From Raillietiella orientalis (lineage: Eukaryota), in assembly GCA_036172245.1 (NCBI GenBank), contig JAYWIR010000005.1:5952001-6016000 (forward strand): a DNA stretch of 64,000 nucleotides, written 5' to 3'. The position numbers and the translations under genes were made by a program. Every line of letters begins with the position of its first letter. Position 1 is the first letter of the stretch. Below, piece by piece: positions 62,719 through 64,000 of this stretch. Under the pieces are notes generated by a model that did not search any database, had not been told where the DNA came from, and saw nothing but the letters and a program-made list of their open reading frames with translations.

Positions 62719-64000
62719 CGTACATTTATCTGACAATAACGGGTGCATATAATGAGCAAACACTCTATATGGTTCCTCTTTGCCACGAAATCTCGACGTG
62801 TTGAGTGAGCACGTAATCTGATGGATCATCTGCTTAAACAGCAAAGACGTGCATAGATTTGTATGAAACGTCACGAAAACAATGAGGGCAATGTGTAATT
62901 CAGGTAACAGAATGTATTCTATGGAGTAGCTCACACATTGCGTTGCCTGAATTACATATTACCCTCAATGTTTTCCATTTATTCCTAGTAGTTGAAAAAA
63001 ATTCATCGTTCCACATATTACAGCCTGAACGTGAGCTTGGTTGTGTTGGCAACACTTCCGCTGACTCCAGGATCAGAATTGGTGGGTTCTGTCTTCCCAG
63101 AAATGCCATATTCTTTGTATTGATATTTTTTTTAAATGAGAGCATTTGTTGGACTTTCTTTATAGGCATTTATAGTTTAGATCGCTTGCATGATGCGTGA
63201 TTATGACACCGAAAATGATCAGAACTCTGTTGTCTACTCTCATTTTTTCTCAGAAATGTCGAAAAGCACGTCAGTTTTTGAATCAAATTTTCATCAATCT
63301 AGCAGTTCCCTCAGACAAAAAAACGACAAGATCAGGAAGAATGCAGTATGTGACAAACAATCCCTCTGTATGTTAAGACCATATTTACAAGGTCACGACA
63401 AGGAATCGTATCTTATCAGGAGCAACTCCTAACACTCATACGAGCACCTGATCGCAATCAGGTAAAACAAAGATCGACTGCTGGAGGCACATAAACTCAT
63501 CTAAGGGACCTCAGGAAAAAAACAGCATTGCTAGCGATTTTTTTTTTTTTTTTTACTTCAGTCTACAGATACATTGCTAACGTGGAGCCGCAAGAAGTTC
63601 CAGTGTATTGTCCTGAAGACCAGAAGCAAACATGGTTTTACGCAACAGCGGTTCCTAAGGCTCCAATCTGCAGAAATCTAGAGGAAATTTGGAACCAGCA
63701 GAAGAGCACCTATTCTACTTGTCTAAGACACAAGATGAGACTGGTGAGGAGCGCAAGATCTGCACTCACAAGATGCGCAAAGTGTTGGTATGTCCCTTTC
63801 CCTTGAACCATCCTGTGAGGGCAATAACGGTGTCTCCTCGATGGACGAATCCTTCTTCCTTCCCGACTTCGATGCCATACAAAATCCTGGAATGGGAGTA
63901 CTCTGCCCATGAGAAATACGAGTCCTCTGAAAGAACAAGATTCAACCTCGTGCCCAGACCTCAAGGGATGAAAAAGAAAAGGTGAGCACTCACTTTCCAG

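Noticed and set aside
63731..63750. DETGE peptide as a Keap1-binding motif
   Set aside because: It is on the + strand, opposite to cnc and beyond SLC25A44, so it cannot belong to cnc.

Overview
Eukaryotic, intron-containing animal DNA, most likely from an arthropod because it carries a clip-domain protease and an arthropod-type cap'n'collar gene. Four protein-coding genes can be supported: (1) a divergent CTC1 (CST telomere complex) on + at about 1-4.4 kb with many 38-88 nt introns; (2) cap'n'collar/Nrf2-type CNC-bZIP on -, traceable from 8937 to 4362, whose stop codon overlaps the CTC1 stop in a shared TTAA; (3) a 7-exon clip-domain trypsin-like serine protease on - (46757-38123), with a ~650 bp foldback in intron 1 and a kB-like site upstream; (4) the mitochondrial carrier SLC25A44 on - (60922-59675). 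The two housekeeping genes lie in AT-rich, CpG-poor DNA. The ~45 kb between them is very GC/CpG-rich and mostly non-coding, so most ORFs in the track are spurious. Several tandem, direct and inverted repeats occur. No tRNA, rRNA, CRISPR array or transposase/RT ORF was recognised. All protein identifications rest on recalled family motifs, not on database searches.
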